A stretch of 64,000 nucleotides of DNA from Nemertoderma westbladi (taxonomy: Eukaryota; Animalia; Xenacoelomorpha). The translations under genes and the position numbers were made by a program. The stretch spans positions 62,001 through 126,000 of the forward strand of contig JAUCBJ010001720.1 of assembly GCA_032718475.1 (NCBI GenBank), written 5' to 3'. This document shows, piece by piece, positions 1 to 12,791 of this stretch; position 1 is the stretch's first letter, and the number at the start of each line of letters is the position of its first letter. The notes beneath the pieces were generated by a model. It was not told where the DNA came from, made no database searches, and saw only the letters and a program-made list of their open reading frames with translations.

Positions 1-423
1 GTGTAGTGGTTGCATTGAATATACATCTCTCGGAGGTCGAGGGTTCGATCCCCAGTTTTCGGCCAGGGCAGTTTTCGTTTCGGCATGAATGCTTGATGGG
101 ACTAGCCAGGGCGCATCTCTGACTTGCATCCTTAGGTGGTAGCTCTAACTGCCGAATAAAAGTTTACTTTGTTTATTTTTTTTACAACTACAAGTGTTGA
201 CAAGTATCTTAAACTAATTCAATTGGTAAGTATATGTTAAAAATATATATAAATTTTGATAATAATTTAACAAACTAATTGCAACGATCAAACTAGCTAG
301 GAACGTTGTAATTCCGGTAAAATTCCGGCCGGAATTGACCCCATTCCGGCAATTCCGGCCGGAACCGGAATCGTTCAAAAACCGCCGGAATTCCGGCCGG
401 AACGGAATTCCGGGACATCCCTA
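1..423 (-). mobile_element. End of a non-autonomous hAT-like DNA transposon, cut by the window edge; same family as 60931-62617
   Basis: Ends ...GGAATTCCGGGACATCCCTA (TIR TAGGGATGTCCCGGAAT on - strand) with CCGGAA subterminal repeats; a diverged reverse complement of 60931-~61360. Confidence 0.85.
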
Positions 424-553
424 AATATAAGCATTATTTAGGATATGCATTTTTAAGTATATATGCCTTACATTTACGCCAAGAAAACACATGGTCATAG
501 GAACCAACAATTCAGTAAATTGAATACAATTCAGTAGATATGTATAAAATGAG

Positions 554-798
554 TTAATCTTCAATTGTCATATCTATATCAAACGGGTGGAGTTTGAGCA
601 TGGTACAATACTCGTTGCATTTATGTTTTCGTTTAAAGTTTTCTATAGCGATATACGAACAATTTCCAACACAGAAATTTATTTCTGCCTTTTTATCAGG
701 ATCAGCACCCTGATCCTCGCGTTCTATCTTTCTCTCTGAGTACAGGTCAGTTGAAGCAATCTCAGGGTCGTATAAGTTGTATGCAGTACCTTGCACAT
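554..798 (-). pseudogene. Alpha-kinase (eEF2K/MHCK/TRPM7-type) C-terminal fragment
   Basis: VQGTAYNLYDPEIAS...FCVGNCS..AIENFKRKHKCNEYC matches the alpha-kinase D-x-QG, DP, GN and H-x-C-N-x-x-C zinc-binding motifs; separated from the N-terminal part by ~1.5 kb of non-coding insert. Confidence 0.75.
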
Positions 799-2009
799 TA
801 GTATCTGGTGTGATTAGGTCTACCTTTTACATAACAACAGTACATCAATGGCGGATATACTACTACTACTAAGTCGAGCGAACTCGGACAGTGGAAATGA
901 GATCCTTCCAGGCTTCCCGATTCTCCATAGTTGTCGCAATTGCGTTTCTCCCAAGTTCAGAGATGGCGGATATACATTACACATCATAATATGGCATGGC
1001 AGTCACGTGAAAACAAGGGCCTTCACATTCCCAATTCTCTATCTAATCTATTATGGTTGTGCGTAATGCTCAATACTACTTTATGATATTAATTCATTCA
1101 CGTTTAACATTAACAGCCATACGTTTCATCAACCCCCCCCCCCCCCCCCCTCCCCTTCCAATGTGACAAACTATCACGATATGTTGGCGTTGGGCCCCGT
1201 CCCTACGTCCACCCTCCCTTGTGAAGGGCTAGGGGGGACTTTCGACCCATCATTACTAAAGGGTAGTGATAATATTCAAAATAAGTTTTCCCATGTATAC
1301 GTAATTTTATTCTTAAATAGGTACTTGTTTGTTCCTAAATTCTGCCTAAATGCTGCCTTACTCAATGTTAAATAATTTATTGTTCTCGAATATTTAATTC
1401 GTAACTAGGGAACCGCTTAACTACAAACCAATATTGGATATGGAGTTCCGTTTCGAAGTTCGCCTTGCAGAGACTAAAGTTGCAATAACTTTTGAGGGTG
1501 TGAATGTAATTTACTCAAATAGGGTAGGTGCGCGAAAAAATAGTTGGGCTAGAAGTATTACGTACAAACCTTTTCATTACGATGCTCTTTCAACACAACT
1601 AATAAAATTAACCAAAAATATTTTTTTCACTCATTGTAATTATATTTACTGTTTGCTTAATCTGTTTGTGTTTATATCTGTTTATGTGCAGTATTTAGGA
1701 AGACGTCAAAGAAACTAATATATTTATAGCATTATTTACATTTCTAATTAAATTAAGGAATTAAAAACGTGTTGGTGTTATTATATTCATTTATCGGAAT
1801 TTATATTATAGGAATTTATTATTCGTTTATGCATTCTAGTTAATTAATTGATATAATTAACGACATAATTATGTAAATAAAAATTGTTAAATGAAACAAA
1901 TCTTTGTTTCGGTTTATAATTGACAATAGCACACCCTCACAATCACTTCAAATTGAGAGTTAAAGTGATTGACATTTTGTTAATGAACTACGCTTTTGTA
2001 AGGCATTGG

Positions 2010-2282
2010 CAAATTCCAACAAATTCCGATGGCGTCAAACATCTTCAGACAACTTCAAACAACTTCAGATAGCTTCCAACAACATCCAACAGAAATTTCA
2101 AACACTTTCAGACGGATTTCAGACAGATTCAGATGGGCTCCAACAGACTAAACTTGTTGGAAATATTTTCTCCAACAGAATCAAACAGTACTAAATCTCC
2201 GTAGGTTAGCATTGTGCTTGTTTGAAGCTGTCGGAGTGTGTTGGATCCGATCGGATCCGATGGCACTCTGTTGGTGAGCGGG
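2010..2282 (-). mobile_element. Possible DNA-transposon terminus (CCC-starting, CMC/EnSpm-like) interrupting the alpha-kinase
   Basis: The - strand starts CCCGCTCACCAACAG at the kinase breakpoint, with clustered CCAACA/TCAGA/TGTTGG subrepeats. The matching second end was not found. Confidence 0.3.
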
Positions 2283-3039
2283 ACTGTATAAACTTTCTAC
2301 CTTGAAGATCGTATGCAAAATATGCATTGCGAAAGCCCCCAGCAGCATACACGTCTAGTTCAATTTTCATCGCTTCCGGTTTGTACTCTATCCAAGTACT
2401 AGTTGCAACATTAAACTTCTCAAGTTTCATCTCTGCATCTTTCTTCTGACTCGGTTTAATAAGTTTACCGGCTTTCAGCAAGGTTGCTACAGATAATGAA
2501 CGTGGATAAACAGAATTACACTGAGATGGACCGCTAGATACAGTACCGGTACTTGAAATTCCCACAGTACCGCTACTCGGTTGTCGTTGACTACCGGTAA
2601 ACTGACCGGTAGGCCTATTATCTTCGCATTCCGAATCCGAATCTTCACCAACTACGAACGGCTTTTCGAGAAATCGTACAAGATAAACTGGGGTTTTCTT
2701 GCCACCAACTCCAAGCTGTGCCATGTTAAAACAAGATGGTCCACGATCGATAGCCAGAACATCACATGTATTCTTTGACTGGTTATAAAAGTTCTCGCAA
2801 GCAGTCTTAATATTCGGGATAGTAAGTTCGTCGTAAGTAAACGGTACAAATTCGCGAGTATCCAATGGTTCGTACTTCTTCATCTTACCGGATGGGACAG
2901 AACTCAGCCGTAAAACAAGAATTTCATTCGGTGTCTCGGTTTTCGATTTCACAGAACTCCGGACTTTTCTTTCCTTAATCTTCTGTGCGAACTGTTCCCA
3001 ACTCTCGTTTCCCTGACGTTTTCCCTTTGGTAGCGGCAT
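2206..3039 (-). pseudogene. Alpha-kinase family protein, N-terminal part, truncated just after the P-loop
   Basis: Intronless ORF containing KIELDVYAAGGFRNAYFA (alpha-kinase GxxRxAY loop). Similarity ends at ~2285, where the frame runs into repeat-like DNA. The catalytic middle is absent. Confidence 0.7.
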
Positions 3040-3254
3040 GACTACTGTACTTAATACAGTAATACTGACTGACTACTACTGTACCGTACTACTCGGAGAA
3101 AAGCTATACTGTGTAGGGCATAGGGTACCTTGAATAGGGTAGCTTGAATTTCAGTACCGGAATACTGAAACTAATCTCGAACTACAGGATACTGGAAGCC
3201 TACCGGTACAGCAAAACAGTATGTTAGTTAATGATACTGCAGGAAATACACATT

Positions 3255-3763
3255 TTGGCAGCTGTAGGCCATGTTTCCATGTGTTTGAAAGTATTTGGCA
3301 GCAGTCGGCCACGTGTGAATTCAATTTTACTTTGCAATTTTTTTTTCTATTTCGCTGTGGCCGAGTACTGCCACCTATACAGTATAATATAACTGCAGTG
3401 GTTAGTATTAAATGAATACCTGGCAGCTGTAGGCCACGGTGGGTTTAAGAAAAAAATTTAACATATTTTTTTATTGAATTTTTTTTATTGAATTTTTTTA
3501 TTGAATTTTTTTATTGAATTTTTTTTGTAATTTTTTTTTATTGAAATTTTTTTTATTGAATTTTTTTATTGAATTTTTTTTTATTTAATTTTTTTTTAAT
3601 TTTTTTTATTGAAATTTTTTTTATTGAATTTTTTATTGAAATTTTTTATTGAAATTTTTTATTGAAATTTTTTTTATTGAATTTTTTTATTGATTTTTTA
3701 ACCGATTATTTTTATTAGACATTGATGGTTTATGTGGCAGCAGTCGGCCACCATACATGTCTA
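3255..3763 (-). mobile_element. Putative DNA-transposon terminus (TAG-starting, Academ-like) with GGCAGC(T/A)GT(A/C)GGCCA subterminal repeats
   Basis: Motif copies at ~3257, 3297, 3357 (inverted), 3422 and 3736. The - strand begins TAGACATGTATGGTGGCCGAC where the LINE RT similarity appears to stop. Confidence 0.4.
3465..3700. repeat. Low-complexity (ATTGAATTTTTT)n tract
   Basis: Degenerate ~12-bp T-rich tandem units visible directly. Confidence 0.85.
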
Positions 3764-6000
3764 CTATGATGGGATAGATGAGCTTTAAACACTCAGGTAT
3801 TTTAAAGACCTCAGGGGGAACACCATCTACTCCACTGGCACGATTGGTCTTAATGCTCTTTGCAGCAGCCTTCACTTCTGCAAAGGAGATATCACCAATG
3901 GGAATATCTGAGAGTACAGACTCAGACACTTTTACTTCTATAAAGTTATCAGGCAATACCCTGTCATTATTGAGGAGCTATTCAAAGTGGGCTTTCCAAC
4001 CATTGAGGCGATGGGCTGGTGATTCAGCCTTAACCTTGGTGGTTGGTTGGCTTTTCCGCCCAGTAAGCAGATTGATCGATTTCCATGCCTGGGATGATTG
4101 CCTGCTGTCGTCAGCATCATTGATGGCATCAACCTGTTGGTTTATTAGTTCCTGTAGATTAGCAGAGTACTGCCTGTTCAGGGACCTAGATGCAGCCTTA
4201 ACTGCATTCTTGGCCGCTGTAGTCTGTTTGAGTCGGGACTCTTTCTGCGCCTTATGAAGGTCATTTCGGCACTTCTGAATTTTGTTGTCAGTCCAGGGGG
4301 CCCTTTTCCTGTTTCGAGGGTATACAGGAACTGTTTCTGCAGCTGCTAACTTAACTGCTTCTGTAATGGCAGTATAGCCCTCACAGTGATCTGCCGCCTC
4401 AGAGGCAAGAGCCTCATACCTGTTGCTCAGCTGTAGTGTGAAGCTGGATCTCACACTTGGCTGTTGCAACAGAGAGGACCAGTCATGCCGCGGCAAGGCA
4501 GATTTCGTTGTTCTGCTAGCACGCAGACTAAGTCTTACCTTGGCCACAATAAGGCGGTGATCACTGGAGAAGGGTCGAAGTGTAAATGCATTACAGTCTT
4601 GTATAGAGCTCCTGTACTTCCTACGAAACAGAATATGGTCTATCTGGGACTTGTGACCACTGGGTCCACTATGAGTCCATAGCTTTCCAGTTCGCTTCTT
4701 GAACTGGGTTCCAGCCGAAAACAATCCATTTCCAGAGATAAAATCCTGAAGATGGACAGAATTTCGGTTAACACTATTGCTATAGACCCAGGGCGATGTA
4801 GGTGATTGATGCAGACTTGCATTAAAGTCTCCCAGGAATGTTAAGAATGCATGCTGATCCACTCCATCAGTAGCTGCTTGTAGATAGTGGTAGAAATTTT
4901 CCACCTCCTCTACAGGGGCAACACTAGTTGGAGAGTAGCACACAATCAGAACCACCTTAGGAAACTTCTTAGCCAGTCTTCCAGAACATGAGAAGTGGCA
5001 ACGGATAATGCGGTTAGAGATTTGGTCTATTTTGTCCAATGCTGCATGTGCAGTTGGATTCATCAATAGACCAATTCCACCATTGCCACTATCATCTGCT
5101 GACGCGAGGGCGAGTCGCCAACCGCCCCCCATGTCCTTAATCAGAACCTCATCAGTCTGTCCAGTCTGCATTCGGTGCTCTTGAACACCCACTGCGCTAA
5201 GAGAAAGCTTATCTGCCAAGGCAGTCAGCTCACCTTGTCGCATTGGGGACCCGAGTGTTAGGGTGTTTACTGAGGCTAGTCTTGTGACTTGCCTCAGATT
5301 CACCAATGGCTTTGTTGGTCGGGGTGGAACATGAGAGTAGCCTCCAACTCCAGAATCCCTCTCCCCATCACAATCTGGCCTTCCTGGTGACCCAGGGTTT
5401 GGGCCAGAAAGGTCATCAGGAAAGGGACTCAAAGAATTGTTGGCTGCTCTCTCTCCAGTAGGGGGTGAGACAGGCAGCTGGTCAGGAGTTAACTGACGCC
5501 TGTGAGGCCGATTGTGTCCGGTAATTCCACTGGCCTCTAGTGGCCGGACCTCCGCATTGTTAATGTAATCCATAGTGGGGGTTGGGGGGTGCTTTTTTGC
5601 CGAGTCAGCAGGCCCATCACCCATATTTACTCTGGCGCACATCACCCACCATTGGCTGTTGCAGCTCATCTGCTGGGTCATGCCCTGTACCCTTGCTGCC
5701 AGGTGCAGGTCGCAGTGAAGTGCTCTCAGAGTGGACATGAGAACACTCTACTCCTGACCAGCCATTGGTAGATCACCATCTGCCTGGTCAGGCCATATAC
5801 CCCTGCAGCCAAGTATATGGGTCCTTAATCCAGGACCAAGGGCGTCCTTATCCCAGAACGAAGGGGGTCCTAGTTACAGGACCAGATTTGCCCTAGTAAG
5901 AGGGTCTATGCAGCTACAGGTGGCACCTCCTTTATGCTGCATGGAGGTGGCAAGTTTTCTTGATCAGTGACCTAGAATACCTGACCTGACCATCAATCTG
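3764..6000 (-). mobile_element. Non-LTR retrotransposon (RTE-like LINE): 5' region, APE endonuclease and start of RT; inactive, 3'-truncated
   Basis: ORF 3978-5738 has APE motifs (VGVQEHR, GIGLL, CYSPT, LGDFNA, SQIDHIL, SDHRLI). The same frame continues past one TAG into KTNRASGVDGVPPEVFK (RT domain 0). The 5' boundary is approximate. Confidence 0.88.
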
Positions 6001-6432
6001 ACAAACTGATTTAACCTAAAATTATCTTGCTGTCTAGGCATTGGAGCAACGATCTCATGGCAAGGCAATGCGTATTATTGAACCGGGAACCGCCGGGAAA
6101 TGTACACATTTTTGGAATTCGGTAATCGTTAAAGAAAAATAAATGCCACATCTAGCTAGTCGATGAAATTCATATTCTTTAACCAATGAACGTGTATGTA
6201 GCCTAGAGGTGGTTTTATCGGCCTCCACTGCGAGGCTCTGGTTCGAATCAGGAAACCAAACTGGTGAGAGACCCAGTAAGGTCGATCGACACGAACTTGT
6301 ACTGGTACCGCGATAATATTGACATGTTTTTAGCTGTTGCCCGACTGTCTTGATTTTAGATTACTTTGTTGTCACAACGGCACCTATACCGGTACCGGTA
6401 CGCGCTCGGTGCAGCAGCAAGTAAAAGTGAGA

Positions 6433-6758
6433 ATGACAAGCGTTTTCCTATTCGTACCCAATCTGATCGGGTACGGACGAATCCTTCTGGCGATTTTGTC
6501 CTTCTATTATATGCCAACGTTCCCCGCTAAGGCCGTTGGTTGCTATCTTCTCAGTGGTTTTCTCGATGCATTCGACGGTCACGCAGCTCGACTTCTGGGG
6601 CAGAGCAGCAAGTTCGGTGCTATGCTGGATCAGCTAACAGATCGATGCGCCACAATGGGTCTCCTCGTCGTTTTATCTACTTTCTATCCAAAATATATGT
6701 TGGCGTTTCAATTGAGCATGGTGATAGACATCGCGAGTCACTGGATGCACTTACACAG
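6433..6758 (+). CDS. CDIPT: CDP-diacylglycerol--inositol 3-phosphatidyltransferase, exon 1
   Basis: MTSVFLFVPNLIGYGR...DAFDGHAARLLGQSSKFGAMLDQLTDR (CDP-alcohol phosphotransferase motif); donor AG|GTAGGC, phase 2. Confidence 0.96.
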
Positions 6759-7465
6759 GTAGGCCGTTACGACTGATATTCCGAGAGTTGTTTGTGATAT
6801 GATCGGTTTAACTTTCGGAGGATATCCGTAAGACATTCGTTAGTTAACAGTGTGGGTCCTGCGTCCTGGTATACTTCTGTACCTGCAGACTTGCTTTTAA
6901 GTGTTTTACCCATATTTTATGCAGTAATTCTATCATCGTAGTCGTAGAAATAGGTACCTGAGCCATGGGCTAGAACGGAATTACAGCATAAAATGCTCGC
7001 TGATCCCAAAATCTGACGATACACGTTTTAGATAAAAAAATTATCGTCAAACAGACTGACAATTATTCAATTCTATATTTTTGTTGTAACATGTTGAATG
7101 TTGAAATTAGCCTTATATTCATTTGGATCACCATTACCGGTATTAGAAAGGACATTATCATTTGGTTAAATATTTCAATAATAAACAATAAATATAATAT
7201 ATAAAAAATATTATTTAATTTTTTTTATTTATTTTTTTTTTATTATTTATATTTTAATTTATATATAAATAAAAAATAATGTAAAAATATATACCGGTAG
7301 GCGGTACCATTAATTTTACCATTATTTTATTATACAGATATTATTAAGTATTAACATGCAGAGCAGACATGGATGGTATTAACCCCAAACCTAAGCATAA
7401 TATTCCTTAGTATTGTTGAATATTTGAAGTTTAATTGTAATTCTTTATCGCTTACGTTTTTATAG

Positions 7466-7643
7466 CACATTGCTTAAAGGAGGAACGAGTCACAAACAGA
7501 TCGATTTATCGGGCAACCCAGTACTGCATCTGTACTACACATCGAAACCGGTACTGTTCTGTATGTGCGCGGGCAATGAATTGTTCTACGCCTCTCTGTA
7601 TCTCATGTACTTCTACACGGGTCCTGTCATCCCTATTATTAAG
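7466..7643 (+). CDS. CDIPT: PI synthase, exon 2
   Basis: TTTTTATAG acceptor; STLLKGGTSHKQIDLSGNPVLHLYYTSKPVLFCMCAGNELFY; donor AAG|GTTAGT, phase 0. Confidence 0.96.
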
Positions 7644-8008
7644 GTTAGTTAGTGTCTCAGTTGAACAGCTGGTCAACTGGTCTGTCTGTCTCAGACGACG
7701 AACACCAAGTTAGTATTTTTGGCAGCAACTTGTTATTGCATAATGTTGCCAGGGGGGCAGGGGGGGGGGGGGGGTAGCTTTCGACACCATCAAAATTAAT
7801 CCCTATTCCCTCTCTAGAGGAAATGGGCGCAAATAAAAGCGGTAACAAAACAACTACATGATGGCGAAACAAGTTTCTGCAGCAAAAGTTGCATCGTCGT
7901 GTTAATCGGGCCTCATATAATAATTATCACTTTATTATGCTTTAATTACACATGCACTATTGCTATTAATATATCTAATCTAATTAATCTCTCTATTTGT
8001 TAATACAG

Positions 8009-8146
8009 ATGGGTTTACTACACTTAATATGTTGGTGTTGCGTTCCCATCGCGGTGGCTAAATCTCTGATTAGTCTGGTTCACCTGGTTACAGCCAGTTG
8101 CAATATCGTCTTATTGGACACAGAGGAAAGGAAAAAGATATCCTAA
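8009..8146 (+). CDS. CDIPT: PI synthase, exon 3 (stop TAA); spliced protein 213 aa
   Basis: TAATACAG acceptor; MGLLHLICWCCVPIAVAKSLISLVHLVTASCNIVLLDTEERKKIS* matches the CDIPT C-terminus. Confidence 0.94.
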   Translation: MGLLHLICWCCVPIAVAKSLISLVHLVTASCNIVLLDTEERKKIS

Positions 8147-8309
8147 ATAAACTTATACTCAATCCAGAATGCAGCGCATACCATTCCCTCCCTATATATG
8201 GCAGTATGTTCTAGAATCAACGAATACCATTCCTTTAAATGTCCCAGCAAGGTATACCGTTTCTATTGTTACCAGTAGTATATATTATATACTACATACA
8301 GTGGCATAT

Positions 8310-8652
8310 AGTATGTTCTGGAGAGGAAACACAATTTCTGGAACACACACCGCTATAGTAGTATGTTCTGGAACACACACCGCTATAGTAGTATGTTCTG
8401 GAACACACACCGCTATAGTAGTATGTTCTGGAACACACACCGCTATAGTAGTATGTTCTGGAACACACACCGCTATAGTAGTATGTTCTGGAACACACAC
8501 CGCTATAGTAGTATGTTCTGGAACACACACCGCTATAGTAGTATGTTCTGGAACACACACCGCTATAGTAGTATGTTCTGGAACACACACCGCTATAGTA
8601 GTATGTTCTGGAACACACACCGCTATAGTAGTATGTTCTGGAACACACACCG
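8310..8652. repeat. 30-bp minisatellite, ~11 near-identical copies, downstream of the CDIPT stop
   Basis: Unit GTATGTTCTGGAACACACACCGCTATAGTA. Confidence 0.95.
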
Positions 8653-10091
8653 CGCTAGAACACAGCGGATACGGACATACCATTAATTCATGTGCTTGGA
8701 TGTTGTTAACTTTCTGTGTTACACGCGCAATGTAAATGATGATTAATTGTATAACCTGTTACAATCTATACTTTTTTTTTCGTTCTGGTATTATATTTTA
8801 TATTAGGTAACGAAGCTATTGTTACTTCTAGTTGGTTAGTTCGTTAGGAATGCGATAACAGTATATTAAATGTATAAGAAAATGTCAAACTTAGCATGTT
8901 AGACTGGGACGAAAAAATGTAAACCACATAACTTATTGAACAGCTGTATGCAGCTCATAATCTATTTTGTGCAACGGTACTGCAAAGTTGACCCTTCTGA
9001 TAACTGACTGGCTGTAGTTTGTCAGACCTAGTTAGATTGGCCTTCAATAATATCATATAAATTTTATTTGATTAGCATTGGATCTAGATCGAACTATTAT
9101 TGGTCAAGGTGCATAATATGATATATTTAATTGTATATTATAATATTATGTTGTATTTTCTTTTGTTTAGATTTTATGTGATTAGTTTACTTTAATAAAT
9201 AATGTACCGATATTCCATTGTATTGTTTTATTTATAACATATTTTATATTGAATAAATAAGCGCAAGGCTGGATTTGATACCATACACTAACACTAACAC
9301 AGTACTTCAAATCAGAAAGGTGTGCTCCTAATATTTAAAATTAAAATATAGGATTCACCCACTCTTAAATTATAGTGTTATAATAATTGTTATTGGTCGT
9401 AGCTGCAGTAGTATTTGCATTTTTATACATAATAACATAATTTAGTTGAACGTTTGATTAAACGTTTGATTGTTCAACGTCTTAAGACCACCCCCCCCCC
9501 CCCCCCCCCCAAGCCACCCCCACCCCCTTCCCTCCATATCTGTCCAAACCTGAGTCAACCCCCCCCCCCCCCTCCCTCCATATCTGTCCTAACCTGCTGA
9601 GTCAAATTTTGCTCTCTTGTAAATAATCAGTGCAGAGAGAAAAAATGCTACTATACTCCATATAAATTTCCCAGCAAAATTTAGACGTCCGCTTTTGCAA
9701 TCCTCGCAGCACCAAATTCATCGGAACCCAAACAAGTTGAGGACGACGAATAGCGGAGTTTACAGTTCTGGGCTCAACCGAGCAACAATAGAATTATTGT
9801 TTCAAATGTTTTATATGTTATTTTAATATTATTGCACCTAACTTAAGGATCGATTCATGGTCATGATGTTTATTCAGTTTGTAATGAACAATATTTTGTC
9901 ACCAGGGATACAAAATAGGCTATAACACAACATGATTTGAAATCAGTAGCTAGTCATGTTTAGTATGTTGCCTTTTAATTATTGTCTAAAACGGAATATA
10001 TCCCATAAGGTGTATTCGTAGCCCAGCTAAACATATTCTAGAATGTTTATTGAAAATAAATTACATTGATAAGTTAAGGGAAGTTATAATC

Positions 10092-11413
10092 ATGGATGAA
10101 TTTGATGAGCTCGCCGACGTCATTGCTAACAAACTTAAGTCACCGGTCGCACAAGACAATGAGGAGTTAAGGACAGTTACACCCGAGGTTTATGAAGACA
10201 TTTCGGCTGATTTTCCAAAGAAAGAAAATGAAGAATTTATAGAAGTTGCGACCACATCAACTGATGTACCGGTACTGGAGAAAAAACTAAGTAGCGAGAT
10301 ATCACCAGCTAATGGAACCAGAGATATACCAGAGAGAGAATTGATTAGAGAGATATCACCAGCCAATATAACAAGGGATATACCCGAGAAAGAATTGAGT
10401 AGAGATATTTCACCAGCCAATATAACAAGAGATATACCAGAGGAAGATGTGAATAGAGAGATATCACCAGCCACTATAACAAGAGATATACCAGAGGAAG
10501 ATGTGAATAGAGAGATATCACCAGCCAATATAACAAGAGATATACCAGAGGAAGATGTGAATAGAGAGATATCACCAGCTAATATAGCAAGGGATATACC
10601 AGAGGAAGATGTGAATGGAGAGATATCACCAGCCAATATAACAAGAGATATACCAGAGGAAGATGTGAATAGAGAGATATCACCAGCTAATATAGCAAGG
10701 GATATACCAGAGGAAGATGTGAATGGAGAGATATCACCAGCCAATATAACAAGAGATATACCAGAGGAAGATGTGAATAGAGGTATATCACCAGCTAATA
10801 AATCTCCGCCTATCCCTTTATCACACATAAATAGAGAGGATTTGCAAGTTCATCACAGTCAAATGTCATTGCATAATGATCTGGTGGGTAGGAAATCTTC
10901 AATTAGTGCAGTAGATGGATCTGGTCACGATGTTATTACGTACCCCCTTGCTAGCGAACGTATATCAATATTATCTGATGCACCAATGGACATGCAAAGT
11001 CCAACAACTGTGTTCCAGACAGAACGGTTCGAAAACATGCCCGCACAAAATAGCGCACCCCAAACGGAATTTAGTGGTAACGGTAGCATGTCACCATTGT
11101 CAAAATTTGGAACTGCATACAATAACAATGACAAAGAGTCAATCCCACCTTCTAAGTCCAGATCCAAGATCTGCCTCAATGAATATATCACCACCAATGA
11201 AATTAATGATTATGAAGATAGCAGTATTGACATGCCCTTACAAGGTGATAAATTCAAAAATTCTACAATACCCAACGAAGATGACAATAATACCTCGCCA
11301 GTAAATCAATCTTCAAGACCTTCATCCCGGTTGGAAGGGCAATCGCGATCCAGAACATCCGAACCCGATGTAGTTACAGATAACGACTTCACAAAGACTT
11401 CTTCGGGGGACAG
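10092..11413 (+). CDS. IFT43: IFT43-like gene, putative exon 1 (long acidic/Ser-rich extension with 18-aa repeats)
   Basis: 1.3-kb ORF from ATG 10092; donor AG|GTAAAG, phase 2, compatible with the acceptor at 12905. Linkage to the IFT43 exons is inferred from splice phases only. Confidence 0.7.
10292..10800 (+). repeat. Coding 54-bp tandem repeat (REISPANITRDIPEEDVN, ~9.4 copies)
   Basis: Visible in DNA and in translation. Confidence 0.95.
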
Positions 11414-11607
11414 GTAAAGTTCAAGGCAACACTCAATCATTTTAGTACCAATAAAATATTATACCGACATAATATGGTATAAATATAATCAAATGAATTA
11501 CCAATTTCCCCAATTTTTTTTACACAAACCCAAGAGAAAACAATGATAATAAATTATAGGAATCAGAAAACAATTGATTTTTTCAATGTTAACAAATTAT
11601 AGTGAAT

Positions 11608-12791
11608 CCGAGCTCCCATTGGCCAATGTCCACCAGGACTTGTCTCCATCGCAGTTCCACGATTCCATTTCGCTGCGCTATGGTCGACCACCCACCAGAA
11701 TCCCTTCTCGTTTCGACGGATGTGGCCCCCTTTGACCTCAATCATAGCCTAAACTGTAAGAAGGGTCGCCTTGTGATACAACGCCACAATGAGGTTCATG
11801 ACGTAGTGGGGGATTTGGCATCATTGGTATTTGGTCCACATAATGTCATCCTGGAGCCGGTGGTGGGGAGACAGAAGAATTGGCCGGTCTTCGGTGTGCA
11901 TTTAACCCACATAGCCAGGCGTTTATCGACATCAGGTTTGTTAACCTTGACGCCGGCTCATAATGGGTCGCACCCCAATATATGTTCTCGAGTCTGCCGA
12001 AGACCCACCTGTATGTGTAACCAGCCAGTGCATAATCTTGTGCTTTGGCAGCCTCATGGAGTGAATAAGCATGGTGGACAGCCCATTACTTTCTTGAGAC
12101 GCATCTTAAAGGACACTGGCCTTGAAGATGCGGATGATCTAGCAAATGTCATGGGTGATAGAGAGTTACGGCGGCGCAATTTTGTCGACAAGCCAGCACA
12201 GCATTCTTAATAATGCAGCTGCAATGCAGCATGCCGATGCTAGGAGTAATAAGCGGCTCGGATCCATCGAGCAGACTTCGCTCCGTTTGTTGTGTCTTGC
12301 GATGGAGTTCTGGCGCCCCAAGCAAACAAGATCCTCCGCATCATAGCCAATAGGCTGCATTGTACCTGACAGCGCCTCTACAGCACCGTCGTGGGGTGGG
12401 TCGCTATTCTCCGAGGAACATCCCACTGTATCAGAGGCTCCGGACCAAATGGCGAAGCGGACTTGTCCTGATGGCGCCGGACTTCCAGTCCCACCACAGC
12501 CGTAGTTCTGGATCAAGGCGGAGGTTACTTTAAATTATGTGGGTGTTCATCAGTCACCGTCTCTTTCTACCTTATAGTCTTAGCTGTTTCTATAGCAACT
12601 GCGATACCCGTGGTGTTTCCAGTTGTTTCAGATGGCACCTCTTGCAGATCTCAATAGAATTAGACTGTGTAAAGTAATTTACCTGGTCTGACAACAAAAT
12701 TTATGTGCTATAGATTAAAAAATATCTTTGGTACAAATTTAATTTTGAATTAAATCTCAGAAAACATTTTTCCGCACAAAATAAAAAAATT
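11608..12791 (+). mobile_element. Degenerate composite retro-insertion (CRE/RLE-type fragment plus RTE-type 3' fragment) in an IFT43 intron
   Basis: HSLNCKKGRLVIQRHNEVHDVVGDLASLVF..EPVV and AFIDIRFV (RLE-clade), then QPVHNLVLWQP..KDTGL..VMGDR (RTE-like C-terminus). Flanked by the 14-bp direct repeat AAATTATAGTGAAT at 11594-11607 and 12792-12805. Confidence 0.65.

Noticed and set aside
5740-6060. HDV-like ribozyme in the RTE 5'UTR
   Set aside because: Known in some RTE elements and small hairpins exist here, but I could not assemble the double pseudoknot by eye; a descriptor or covariance search is needed.
6195-6262. tRNA gene upstream of CDIPT (GGTTCGAATC)
   Set aside because: A B-box is present but no complete cloverleaf could be built; at most a SINE relic. 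The same applies to 1-60, 19326-19400 and 25186-25255.
8169-8735. ORFs across the 30-bp repeat
   Set aside because: Open on both strands only because of the stop-poor repeat unit.
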